Source: an uncultured Candidatus Saccharibacteria bacterium
GTDB lineage: Bacteria; Patescibacteriota; Saccharimonadia; Saccharimonadales; Saccharimonadaceae
Reading direction: 5' to 3'
Assembly (NCBI GenBank): GCA_963554175.1
Contig: CAUVQU010000002.1
Location: 10,714 to 74,713 of the forward strand
Length of the DNA stretch: 64,000 nt
Part shown: positions 34,205-43,821 of the stretch, one piece after another
How the letters are laid out: every line of letters begins with the position of its first letter
Position numbering within the stretch: position 1 is the first letter of the stretch
The notes under the pieces: generated by a model
What the model was told of the DNA's origin: nothing
Database searches by the model: none
What the model saw: only the letters and a program-made list of their open reading frames with translations
Made by a program: the position numbers and the translations under genes

Positions 34205-37200
34205 ATGGAGAGTGGCAATAAATCAAAGGCAGACATTATTAAGAATAATGAGAATACTGAGACTGAAATTAATTGGGAAGACTTTAAAGAGGACGATGAC
34301 ATATTTGTGGCGACATTCGTAGCCCATGCTCTGCAAAAACAAAAAGTTAGAGAGAGATTTATTGACGGAAGAAAAAAATCTGTTCCAGAAATTCCTTATA
34401 AGTATAATCGAAGAAGAATTGAGCGAAATTTAGGCCATGTCGGTACTTCCATACTCGATGTTCGCGAGAAAACTACAGATAGGCAGGCTATAAGACAAGA
34501 ATTTAAGGATCATGGCGGGTTTAATATAGAGAACCTTGAGGATGAGAAGATTATCTCGCCTGAAAAAGTGTTTAAAAAATTTAATGGATTATTTACTTTC
34601 TTGGGCGAAAATACGAATGGTAATCCAAATCTATTAGAAGAATATAGGCAGATTGATGATAAAAAAGAAAAATTAAGGTTTATTCTAGAATCGTCTTTGG
34701 CTGATAAAGTCAGACTGTTTTATAATGAGTTAGAGTATCCAAATTATGATAATTTTTTACAACGGCTGCAGTTCCAACAAGATTTTATTAATGGAACAGC
34801 AAGGGTTTGGGATGATAAGTGGAATAGTTTGGCAGGAAAGTATGTTAAGGTTCAACGACTGCTTGATCCTGCTGAGGCTAATGTAAAGGATATATCACTC
34901 GGACTAAACCGGGCGTCATTAAAATCGGCAATGATTGGTACTCCAGAGTACGGTGCATATAAAATTGCTATGGATATAAAAAAGGATTATGACTTGAGAA
35001 AAACACCAGATTTTCCTGAGATCAACGGATACTGGTCTGGTATTACTAATACACGCATAGGTTCTTGGGAGACGATTATCGATGAGTATGGGGATATAGC
35101 TGACAAGATTGCTAAAAGAAATTCGGAATTGAATGAGGAAGAATTGGAGCATTTGACTGTTCGCAAAGTTGCTAAAATTTTCGCTGATTCGTTGGGATAT
35201 AATGATCCTGGTAGAGGGCCAGAGTCTCCTTATGTATCAAGATTCCACGAATCTGTAGCATGGGCGCAGTTAGGAGAAGGAGCTCAAAGACAGCTTCGAG
35301 GAATGCGGCAAAAAATCAGTTATTCTAATTTAAAGAATATAGAACGCTTTATCGGTAAATCTGGTTATTCGCAGAAGCGTAAGTCGTTTGAATCTGAAAG
35401 TGCGCGGTTAAAAGGTCGAGTGAAGCATATATTAGAACTGTCTAAAGACGATAAAGAGGCATTTTTGGTAAAAGAGAATGCGTTTGAGATAAAGAAACAA
35501 GAGGAATGGCGAGAAAAAGAAGTCGCAAGGATTAATCATAAATATAATAAGCTAATCGATAAAACTCGGAGCGAAGAACGTAAAGACGTTTTTGCGAAGC
35601 GACGGAAAGAAGAGGTTCGAAAAGTCACTATTGATACTTCGAGCCAAATTGAATATTTCGAGAATAGAACGTTAGATGGATTATTCTCTGATATTGAAAA
35701 GAGACAAGAACTACTTTCACGAAGAATTGAAAAACGGAAATCGTTAGCAGAAAAAGCGATTGATCTTCATTTTCAGCTGGAAGTTGATCAACAAAAATGG
35801 GATAATGACTCGGAGGAATATGTACGGGTCAAACCTTCTAGGTATAGTGTGTGTCTTGATTGGATTAACGATGCTCCTTTAGGGGTAATTAAACGATCGC
35901 ATAAGAGAATGGTCGAAGGGGTATCCGCTGATGATATCTATGTGCTTGCTATTGGTGATATATTCCAGAAAGTATTGAACGACTCAGAGCAGGTTGACAA
36001 TCTCATGTGGAGAATGTATGGCAATGACGATAATCTTGATGTATATGCAATTCGAAATATGGTACGTTTGGCTGGAAGGTTGTCTAAAAGTGGTGAAAAG
36101 TTAAGCTATTCGGAACTGGAAGCTATGTCTAAGCAAGATACTAGGTGGATAGAGGAGTCACTTGCAATGTTTCCGATGACTGATGTGAAGCGATTTCTTG
36201 ATAATGAGCTAAATCTTTCCCTTGTACCAAAAATAAGTCGCGTTGCTAATCAATTTGGATATAATTTAGATACTGATCAATTGATTAATCTCGCAAGTAA
36301 GAGAATAATAAATTCTTACTACTTTAAAACAGTGGAGAGTATATTTTCTTCTACTCTTAAAAATTTTTCATTAGAGGAAGCGATAAGCGCCATGGATGCA
36401 AACGTGGATTTGAGGGTTTTGAACAAAACTAGGTCAATTTTATCCACTGAGGGGATTACTGATTTTTCTGATATATTAGATCGAGCGACTAAGCTATGTC
36501 GGCTTTCTGATGATGAAGGTGGACATGAGAAGCTTATTTTAGATTATTGTAATGCTATTACATCTTTGGGATTAAAGAAAGCTGATATCTTACTAGCGAG
36601 AGGGGTTAATCTAGGTACATTTAATATGATATCTAGAAAATTTAGTAGTATTGTTGATGGTGATTTTGATAAAACCCTTGAGCTATCTGACAGGGTTAGT
36701 GCTATTTTAAATAAGCGAGGAGAACTAGACAAAGAAGAATCTTCCATTCGTACTTTACGTACTATTGACAATGGTAAGCAATATACAGAGATTCAAATAG
36801 CTGATTTATATAAATACGGAATTTTAGCTAATGATTATAAAGAGGTATTCATAAATTCTGATCGTGATAAAAACGATATCGTGAGAACGTATGAAAAAAA
36901 TAATCTAAATTTTGACGACAAAGTCAAACTATTAAAGAATTCCATGAGAGGTAGTTTTGAGGCATGGAGGATTAGAGAAGCTATTGAGCATTTTGATGAT
37001 GATGTGTTGCATAAGATTGCAGCGGAAGGTGCAGATGTTGTACGTGCTTCCAGGATTAAATATCTATTAAACAAAGAAGATAAATATGCGGAATTTAATA
37101 CTATGGAAAACGTATTATATTTGGCATCAAACAATCTAGATGTTGACGTTTTTCTACGTGCTACTGAAGCTGGTTTTAGTGTAGACGAAATTAAATTATA

Positions 37201-37246
37201 TCCATTCTTAGCTTCGGATTTATTAATTAAGGAAAGGACTAAATGA
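34205..37246 (+). CDS. Large helical hypothetical protein; first gene of the MoxR-VWA operon
   Basis: 1013 aa, no TM or signal peptide. Extended -10 TGCTATAGT (34190-34198) lies 6 nt before the ATG. Its stop overlaps the next start (ATGA). Confidence 0.75.
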   Translation: MESGNKSKADIIKNNENTETEINWEDFKEDDDIFVATFVAHALQKQKVRERFIDGRKKSVPEIPYKYNRRRIERNLGHVGTSILDVREKTTDRQAIRQEFKDHGGFNIENLEDEKIISPEKVFKKFNGLFTFLGENTNGNPNLLEEYRQIDDKKEKLRFILESSLADKVRLFYNELEYPNYDNFLQRLQFQQDFINGTARVWDDKWNSLAGKYVKVQRLLDPAEANVKDISLGLNRASLKSAMIGTPEYGAYKIAMDIKKDYDLRKTPDFPEINGYWSGITNTRIGSWETIIDEYGDIADKIAKRNSELNEEELEHLTVRKVAKIFADSLGYNDPGRGPESPYVSRFHESVAWAQLGEGAQRQLRGMRQKISYSNLKNIERFIGKSGYSQKRKSFESESARLKGRVKHILELSKDDKEAFLVKENAFEIKKQEEWREKEVARINHKYNKLIDKTRSEERKDVFAKRRKEEVRKVTIDTSSQIEYFENRTLDGLFSDIEKRQELLSRRIEKRKSLAEKAIDLHFQLEVDQQKWDNDSEEYVRVKPSRYSVCLDWINDAPLGVIKRSHKRMVEGVSADDIYVLAIGDIFQKVLNDSEQVDNLMWRMYGNDDNLDVYAIRNMVRLAGRLSKSGEKLSYSELEAMSKQDTRWIEESLAMFPMTDVKRFLDNELNLSLVPKISRVANQFGYNLDTDQLINLASKRIINSYYFKTVESIFSSTLKNFSLEEAISAMDANVDLRVLNKTRSILSTEGITDFSDILDRATKLCRLSDDEGGHEKLILDYCNAITSLGLKKADILLARGVNLGTFNMISRKFSSIVDGDFDKTLELSDRVSAILNKRGELDKEESSIRTLRTIDNGKQYTEIQIADLYKYGILANDYKEVFINSDRDKNDIVRTYEKNNLNFDDKVKLLKNSMRGSFEAWRIREAIEHFDDDVLHKIAAEGADVVRASRIKYLLNKEDKYAEFNTMENVLYLASNNLDVDVFLRATEAGFSVDEIKLYPFLASDLLIKERTK

Positions 37247-37596
37247 TGATAATTATTGATAATATTTCCCCGAAATTAGATAAAACAATAGCAATACATA
37301 CGAAGAAGAGTCTCGGTGCTACTGCTTCAGTTTGGCTGCATGAGATTGCAAGAAAACTAGAGGATTATAATCTACCAATAGAATGTTGGCAAATAGGAAA
37401 AGATGCTGTCGGAAATGAGATAAAAATTAATTGCTTAGGGAGGTTCTTATTCGGTGTCCCTGGTTATGATGGGCATCTAAGAGTGGTTATGAATGGAACG
37501 GAATTAACGATCTATTATCCTTCTGAACCAGTGGAGGTTGAAGGGTTGTTGAAAAGAATAAAATATGAGGTAGAAAACGGAGGCAGTCATGAATAA
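37243..37596 (+). CDS. Small hypothetical protein (117 aa); operon gene 2
   Basis: Overlaps both neighbours (ATGA at 37243; downstream ATG 37589 lies before its stop at 37596). Confidence 0.65.
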   Translation: MMIIIDNISPKLDKTIAIHTKKSLGATASVWLHEIARKLEDYNLPIECWQIGKDAVGNEIKINCLGRFLFGVPGYDGHLRVVMNGTELTIYYPSEPVEVEGLLKRIKYEVENGGSHE

Positions 37597-39640
37597 TAGT
37601 CCTGAACGATCTAAGGTGGAGACTGAGAAACAAGAACCAACAACGGCAGAAATTCAGAACAGGATGACTCGAACCAATAATTTGCTAACAAGGCTGCGTG
37701 CTTTTCCTTCTGATTGGGTGAGTAAAGCTGGCGAATCAAAGCAAGATGTTGAAAAACGACTTGAAGACGCTTTATCTAATATGAGCGTCATGCAGGAAAC
37801 CCTAAGTGTATCTACTATGCCTGCGGAAACGAATTGGGACACGTTAAGAAATATGTCGATGATCGACAAAAGAGAACAACAGTCTTCTACTGGTATTTTG
37901 CAGGAAAGAGTTGTATCAAGGGTCAATTCAAATACAGACAGGGTTAATGAATCGGATTTAGGTAATTCGAACATAGATATAACCAATGAATCAAACTTTG
38001 GCAACTCAGAGATAATAAAGGAACAACCAAGAGCAAAATTTTTTGAGGTCGACGGTACTTATATACCGATTATGCCAAAAGTATCACATGCTACGAAAGA
38101 ATGGGAGGCAGTGCCTAGTAGGATGATGATGTCTGGCGGAAAGAAATTTTCAGAGGTTAAATTTGTTAAAGATGAGAATGGTCTAACTACTGTTGCAAAA
38201 CCTGGCGAAAAAATGAATTTTATAGAAGGTGCCAAAAATGAAAGACTTGAGTCAATTGATACTCTTCTCTCTGGGCGACATGAACTGAAGACATTTAATT
38301 CAATTTATGAACAATTAGCAAATACTACCTCTGAGTATCGAGGACTTAATCCGGATAGTCCAGATTATGATCAACGTGCCACTGCATTAGCTGATATGAT
38401 AGATTCATTTACTACCCCAGAAGGAATTGCTTCCCGGATTACCGAAAAAGAGTCTGAGAAGCTTGAGGATGTAGAGGATTTTTCCGAGAGAGTGGCAGAT
38501 ATAATATCTACACTTCAATATTTAAGAGAAGTCGATCCTGGCCAGACGGAATTCATACCGCCAATCGATCACAACTATAAGATGACACCGTTTATTAGAA
38601 AGAAATTTGCCGAGTTTGCGCAACTCTTAAATCGCCAAATGGGCGTAGGTAACAATGCCTATATGGATGAATTAGTTTGCAATGAACAGGCACCAGCATG
38701 GGAAAAACTCTCGGCCAAAGGCATGACGGTGGTGGTAGGTCCTAGAGGTACTGGTAAAAATAAACTGGTAGATCATTATGCCTCAATTTCTGAAAGACCT
38801 CTGTTCAGGTACGCTTGCTCACCAGACAAAGAAGAGCGGGATTTGACATATGGCGTTGAATTGTCTGATGGTGAAGTAGTTAAGGTGCCGACGCGTATTT
38901 TAACTGCCATATCAACTCAGAACTCTATTCTTGAGCTAGATGAGATAAATCTATTGCGACCAAATGTGGCAAAATTCTTTAATTCCCTATTTGATGGAGA
39001 CCGGGCAGTCTTTTTAAATGATCAAGTAATACATGCGGCTCCGGGTGTAATGTTTGTAGGACTAATGAATCCAGCAGACTATAATGGGGTTGAGGATTTG
39101 CCGGAAACTATCGACGACCGTTCTAATATTATGACGATGGGTTATCCGCCGTTTAAAGAACGTAATCGTAATACTGGTGAAGAAACCTTTACGTATGATG
39201 AAGCATTAATCCTTAAGAATAACATCTCGCCGCTGCAAGGCTACTCTGATGCACAATTCGTACAGATTTGGGATCGCGTCGTGAATAGTCGCGGTCAAGC
39301 CGATGTTTCGCCAGAAGTTGTGAAAATTGTACGCGACCTCAAAAATATGGTTCTAATTGCAAATCGTACAAGACAAACTGTCGAAGCATACAAAACCCGT
39401 ACTGGCGATGCTCGAATGGAACGTGATATATCCTTACGTGGAATGAGTGAAGCGACAAGATATTATTCCGAGAACCATCTCTGGCAGCAAGATCTTTCAC
39501 GGCTGCCGGGCTGGAAAGCACCATGGAACGCTGCGCAGTATGCTATCGCGATGACTTATCTACCACATACCGAAACCTATCGCAAAGGTCAACAAGACAA
39601 GAATGCCATTGAAGCAATCTTGGCAGAGGGGGTTCGCTAA
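37589..39640 (+). CDS. MoxR/CbbQ-type AAA+ ATPase (AAA_5-like) with a roughly 370-aa N-terminal extension
   Basis: Walker A VVVGPRGTGKNKL, Walker B ILELDEINL, sensor region VMFVGLMNPADY. Confidence 0.75.
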   Translation: MNNSPERSKVETEKQEPTTAEIQNRMTRTNNLLTRLRAFPSDWVSKAGESKQDVEKRLEDALSNMSVMQETLSVSTMPAETNWDTLRNMSMIDKREQQSSTGILQERVVSRVNSNTDRVNESDLGNSNIDITNESNFGNSEIIKEQPRAKFFEVDGTYIPIMPKVSHATKEWEAVPSRMMMSGGKKFSEVKFVKDENGLTTVAKPGEKMNFIEGAKNERLESIDTLLSGRHELKTFNSIYEQLANTTSEYRGLNPDSPDYDQRATALADMIDSFTTPEGIASRITEKESEKLEDVEDFSERVADIISTLQYLREVDPGQTEFIPPIDHNYKMTPFIRKKFAEFAQLLNRQMGVGNNAYMDELVCNEQAPAWEKLSAKGMTVVVGPRGTGKNKLVDHYASISERPLFRYACSPDKEERDLTYGVELSDGEVVKVPTRILTAISTQNSILELDEINLLRPNVAKFFNSLFDGDRAVFLNDQVIHAAPGVMFVGLMNPADYNGVEDLPETIDDRSNIMTMGYPPFKERNRNTGEETFTYDEALILKNNISPLQGYSDAQFVQIWDRVVNSRGQADVSPEVVKIVRDLKNMVLIANRTRQTVEAYKTRTGDARMERDISLRGMSEATRYYSENHLWQQDLSRLPGWKAPWNAAQYAIAMTYLPHTETYRKGQQDKNAIEAILAEGVR

Positions 39641-39643
39641 TTT

Positions 39644-42600
39644 ATGCATGAGGGATTGCCAAAAAGTGGCAATGAACGAGTGGGTGGAAACGATCCGTTT
39701 AGTTTTGATACTCTGGAAGGTGAAAACACCGTTGAGTCTTCGATATCTTCGCCTGAGCAGGATCGAAAAAGAGTCGACTTAATAAGGGAAATCAATGAGC
39801 AGATACCTTTTCTAGCCTATGGCCTATCGGAAAAGATTCAACAGAGTGGTCTCGGAGGAAAGGTTTCAATACGCGGCATAATGGGGGATAGCTGGGGGGT
39901 AGGCGTAAGCAAAAATAATCCTCGAAAAGATATACCAAACATAGTAATTTATCCAGAGAGTATCCTGTCAGAAGAACGTGCAGTAACAAATGCACAACTT
40001 CGTCATGAAGTTGGAAATCTTAACCATTCGATCGACGGCGAAAAAGCAGATCTTGCGATATGGTGTAAGAAGAATAACCAAAATTATAAACTAATCTCGC
40101 CATTAGTTGAAGCTGTGCAGGAGGCATCTGTAAACTATTTAGAGATGAGGAACTCAATCTCGGACGATCCTGCAGCTGCTTTCAGACCACTATATGAAAA
40201 AATTATCCCAGTAAAAAGTATCGCTGAAAACATAGGTTCAGATCTTGAATATAAGCAAGCCGTAGACATGACCTTATTAAAATCCTTAAATATCGCTGGA
40301 CTAGTGGATTCTACGACGCTTGATATTGCCGATGGTAATCTTTCTGATGACGTAAGGGCCGCATTTTCTAATAAAACTAGCTCCGTCATTGAACAGGCTG
40401 TCAGAACGTCTTCTGGGAAGATTAGGGTGCAGCTAGTGAGAGATTATTTATGGCCAGAATTTGCTAAGCTTGTATCAGATTCGAATGTGACGAGTGAAGC
40501 TGAGACTGAAGATCAATCGAAAGTTAATCTTAATCAGAACAATAATATTGAACGGATCAACCGTAATGAACAAACGGTGCGTGCTTTTGATAATCAAAGA
40601 GTATTAGACATTATTGAAAAAAATCAAGTATTATCTCCGGAGGAGCAAAATGAACGAGCTTCTGTAAGTGATTCTCTTTTGGGTGAGATCGGGAGAAAGG
40701 TGGATGAACTATCTGATCAGTTATCCAGTCTAGATTCTGATAGTCAGAGTGAGGAAAATCAAGACAATGAAGATCGTATAGACCAAAGTGAAGAGATTCA
40801 GGAACAGCTTGAAAATCTTCAATCGCTTCTTGATGATTTGAAGAATCCTGAAAAAGCTTCCGGTGACGACTTAGAAAACTTGCAGTTTAAAATTAATGAA
40901 ATTGGAATAGACGAGTCGAGTTTAGATGAAAAAGAACTGAAACTACTTGAGAATCTTCGAGAATTCTGTAAATCTACTACAGTCACTTATGTTCGCACGA
41001 TGCGTTTTATCATGGAGGAATATAAAAGCTGTAACCCGAACTTTACGGACGAAATGATGGAAAAAATGATTCTTCATGGACACGATACGCCAAGTTTTAC
41101 TATCTATGGCAAGGAAGCCGGAGAAAACTTTATTGAAAATACTTGCCCTGAACTAGGTTATGGGGATTTTGAATCTAATGGCATGGTACTCAATTTTAAT
41201 CTTCCAGACGTGTTAGGTAGATTTTGGTATAGGGGTGGTAATGGTGCAAGGGCTCAATCAGTTCCAGATGGTGCCATAGAGTGGGGACACCTGTATCGAA
41301 ATGGAATGCCGGCTATTTGGAGATCGGTTGATTCCGCGCCAAGAACAGGTATCTATTTCAATCGCCTAAACGAATTTGGCCAGCACGATTACAGGAAATA
41401 TTATTATCTATATGATGTGATTGGTCTTGGTTCTAAATTCAATGAACAACAAGAAGCGGAAAATGATCTAGACGGTCAGAATGAATTACTGGAATCAGAT
41501 GTGGATGGTAATGGAGAATCCAATAACGACACTGACGGACAAAGCCAGAATGGCGAAATCGGCGAGGGGCCGCAACAAGATAATCAAAATGGATCTGATA
41601 GTGGCAGCGAAATGGGCCAAATGTCTGGTAGCGACATGGAACAAATGGGTGACACTGAAAGCTTTGACGAAATGAATGGCACGGAGATGGGTAATTTGGG
41701 TGATATGCAAAAGCAGTTATCTGATATGCTTAGCGATTTAGAGTCCTTGATGAGTGAACAGAGTAGCGAGATTAATCAGGCACTGACGGATGCTTTATCC
41801 AAGGCCATTGCGGAATCCTTATCCAATGATGCAATGTCAGATAATCATTCTGAGCACATAGACTTGGCAGAATTATTTAGCCAGCTACAAGAAACTCAGG
41901 AGAAGCTAGAAAGCTCATTTTCTGATGCGAAATCCGAGCAAGGTGGCTTTAGGGAATACGAGATAGATGATCAAGATATAGAGCCAGACACGGTTGAATC
42001 AATAGATAATCTTGAGGCTATAAAAGAGCAACAACAAAGACAGTTGGAGTCAATTTATCGTGAGCAATCAGGATTATCTGGTGAGGCTTTGGGTAGATAC
42101 ATAGATTATCGTGAGGATACAAGGGCTTTCACAGACGATTTGGTAACTTATTTTACCGAAAAATTTAAAATGGACACCGAATACGTATACGAAAAAAATC
42201 AACGCAGAGGTAATCGTTTACAGCGTGGGTGGACTAGTAGAATACTAGGTCGTACAGCCCTTGGTGCAACTGCTATAGAACCAGAAGTTTTCGAACGTAG
42301 ATCGATCCCGAAGAAACCTCAGTTCGTCTGGAGTGTAATAATCGATAATTCTGGATCTTGTAGTGGCGACATTATTGAAGAAGAAAAGAAGACAGCCGTT
42401 GCTCTGACAGAAGTAGCTAGTAGACTAAATATACCACTAGAAATAGTCACGTTTGGCGGCCCAAATGAATATACCTTCTTAAAAACATTTGATCAAGAAC
42501 TGTATGGCGATCAACTATCAAGATTAGTGCAACTTGGTGCCGATCAAAGTACGCCAGACGTTGTTACACTGAACGCTGCGTGTACTAGTGTAGCGGATTA

Positions 42601-42850
42601 CGCGGATAGCTTCAATCGACCATATAACTTTGTATATTTTATGACTGATGGTGAATCTGGGTCTGGTTCGATTCAATCGGTAATAAGTAAATTTAAACGT
42701 GACATGGTTATAACTGGAGTAGGATTAGCTGGTGCCGCTGACTCTATTTCAAGTACGTGGGGTAAGAATTCAGTTGGGGTTGAAGATGTTAGTAAACTGT
42801 CGGATACACTGATCCGTAAAATTGAAGATCAAATAGAGGAAACATTTTGA
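39644..42850 (+). CDS. Large protein with a C-terminal von Willebrand factor A (MIDAS) domain
   Basis: MIDAS DNSGSCSG...QSTPD...YFMTDGESG near the C-terminus. Two long Asp/Glu/Ser/Gln-rich low-complexity tracts in the middle. Confidence 0.75.
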   Translation: MHEGLPKSGNERVGGNDPFSFDTLEGENTVESSISSPEQDRKRVDLIREINEQIPFLAYGLSEKIQQSGLGGKVSIRGIMGDSWGVGVSKNNPRKDIPNIVIYPESILSEERAVTNAQLRHEVGNLNHSIDGEKADLAIWCKKNNQNYKLISPLVEAVQEASVNYLEMRNSISDDPAAAFRPLYEKIIPVKSIAENIGSDLEYKQAVDMTLLKSLNIAGLVDSTTLDIADGNLSDDVRAAFSNKTSSVIEQAVRTSSGKIRVQLVRDYLWPEFAKLVSDSNVTSEAETEDQSKVNLNQNNNIERINRNEQTVRAFDNQRVLDIIEKNQVLSPEEQNERASVSDSLLGEIGRKVDELSDQLSSLDSDSQSEENQDNEDRIDQSEEIQEQLENLQSLLDDLKNPEKASGDDLENLQFKINEIGIDESSLDEKELKLLENLREFCKSTTVTYVRTMRFIMEEYKSCNPNFTDEMMEKMILHGHDTPSFTIYGKEAGENFIENTCPELGYGDFESNGMVLNFNLPDVLGRFWYRGGNGARAQSVPDGAIEWGHLYRNGMPAIWRSVDSAPRTGIYFNRLNEFGQHDYRKYYYLYDVIGLGSKFNEQQEAENDLDGQNELLESDVDGNGESNNDTDGQSQNGEIGEGPQQDNQNGSDSGSEMGQMSGSDMEQMGDTESFDEMNGTEMGNLGDMQKQLSDMLSDLESLMSEQSSEINQALTDALSKAIAESLSNDAMSDNHSEHIDLAELFSQLQETQEKLESSFSDAKSEQGGFREYEIDDQDIEPDTVESIDNLEAIKEQQQRQLESIYREQSGLSGEALGRYIDYREDTRAFTDDLVTYFTEKFKMDTEYVYEKNQRRGNRLQRGWTSRILGRTALGATAIEPEVFERRSIPKKPQFVWSVIIDNSGSCSGDIIEEEKKTAVALTEVASRLNIPLEIVTFGGPNEYTFLKTFDQELYGDQLSRLVQLGADQSTPDVVTLNAACTSVADYADSFNRPYNFVYFMTDGESGSGSIQSVISKFKRDMVITGVGLAGAADSISSTWGKNSVGVEDVSKLSDTLIRKIEDQIEETF

Positions 42851-42866
42851 TTAAGAAGGGAGTATT

Positions 42867-43421
42867 ATGGAGGTAGTTAATGAAAAACTAGTTTTGGGGA
42901 CGCAATGGGGAGAGGAGAAAACAGGCGAGGTATTTGATTACGATGAATTTGGACAATACTTAGATGATATTGAGACTCAACTTTCTCCACGACATATACT
43001 GGATGAATTGAATGAGACTATAGATTCGGTAGAGAATGAGCTAGATTCGTATGATTCAAATATAATGTCTAGTAGTAAAGAGACAAAAAGAAAAATGGCA
43101 GTTGCAGCTATTGAATCGTATAATTTGAATCTGTTAGCTAGAGATGAGGATTTTAATGTTAGAACGCTGGCTTTATGTAATAAGGCTATTTCTCCGGCGA
43201 TTTTGGAGCAGACAATTGAAGATATTGGAAATGACGACAAATTCACTTTAATGGTGATAGCCAATAATCCAAGTGCTTCAACTAGACTCCTTGGCAGAAT
43301 ATATGATTTGGCTGGTGATGAAAGAGAGGTTCAGACGGCAATTCTAAGAAATCCAAATTGTGATGATGTTTTGCGGTTTAAAATTAATAGCCTAAGAGAA
43401 CGTGTCGGGGCTAGTATGTAA
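42867..43421 (+). CDS. HEAT/LRV-like repeat protein; operon gene 5
   Basis: NVRTLALCNKAISPAILEQ..., VIANNPSASTRLLGRIYDL..., EVQTAILRNPNCDD resemble leucine-rich-repeat-variant / HEAT-PBS repeats. Confidence 0.5.
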   Translation: MEVVNEKLVLGTQWGEEKTGEVFDYDEFGQYLDDIETQLSPRHILDELNETIDSVENELDSYDSNIMSSSKETKRKMAVAAIESYNLNLLARDEDFNVRTLALCNKAISPAILEQTIEDIGNDDKFTLMVIANNPSASTRLLGRIYDLAGDEREVQTAILRNPNCDDVLRFKINSLRERVGASM

Positions 43422-43501
43422 ATAGTACGCACTTATACGGTGTGGTTATCACGCTACGCTACCCTAATTCCTCGAGTGCAGCACTTCGAGACCTATAGAC
43501 T

Positions 43502-43534
43502 TCGAGTGGAGTCTTCCACTCGAGTCTCTTTCTT
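43502..43534 (+). terminator. Intrinsic terminator of the MoxR-VWA operon
   Basis: tcgagtgg (43502-43509) / ccactcga (43516-43523) plus gtctctttctt. Confidence 0.6.
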
Positions 43535-43772
43535 GGTCTATTATTTATTAAATTCGTTATTTAATTTTAACAGGACTAAGAATAGTTGATGTCTCTTTTC
43601 GTTGGTTATTGTTGTACTTGAGGGGCTAATTTAGATGAAAAGCTTATTTTCCGTGCGAAAAAATGGTAAAATGGAAATGGTAAATCATAATTATCCAGTT
43701 GATTCCTACTTATAGAGAGTAAACTGCGGCTATTTACGCTGATAATTCTCTACAAGGGATAACTATGGTTTA

Positions 43773-43799
43773 GCGACTAAGTAAATAGTCGCATTTTTA
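43773..43799 (+). terminator. Intrinsic terminator-like hairpin located 22 nt upstream of the module B start codon
   Basis: gcgacta (43773-43779), loop agtaaa, tagtcgc (43786-43792), then attttta. An extended -10 TGGTAAAAT lies at 43664-43672, about 100 nt upstream. Confidence 0.5.
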
Positions 43800-43821
43800 T
43801 TAGGCGCGGGAAAACTAAAAA

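Noticed and set aside
40004-40027. Possible zincin HExxH motif in the VWA protein (HEVGNLNH)
   Set aside because: The spacing is HExxxxxH, not HExxH, and there is no supporting third ligand motif. I do not call a peptidase.
43441-43500. Repeated cttcgag / ctcgag words upstream of the operon terminator as a possible repeat element
   Set aside because: These are short and imperfect. The simplest explanation is that they belong to the terminator region's hairpin-prone sequence, and there are no further copies in the window.
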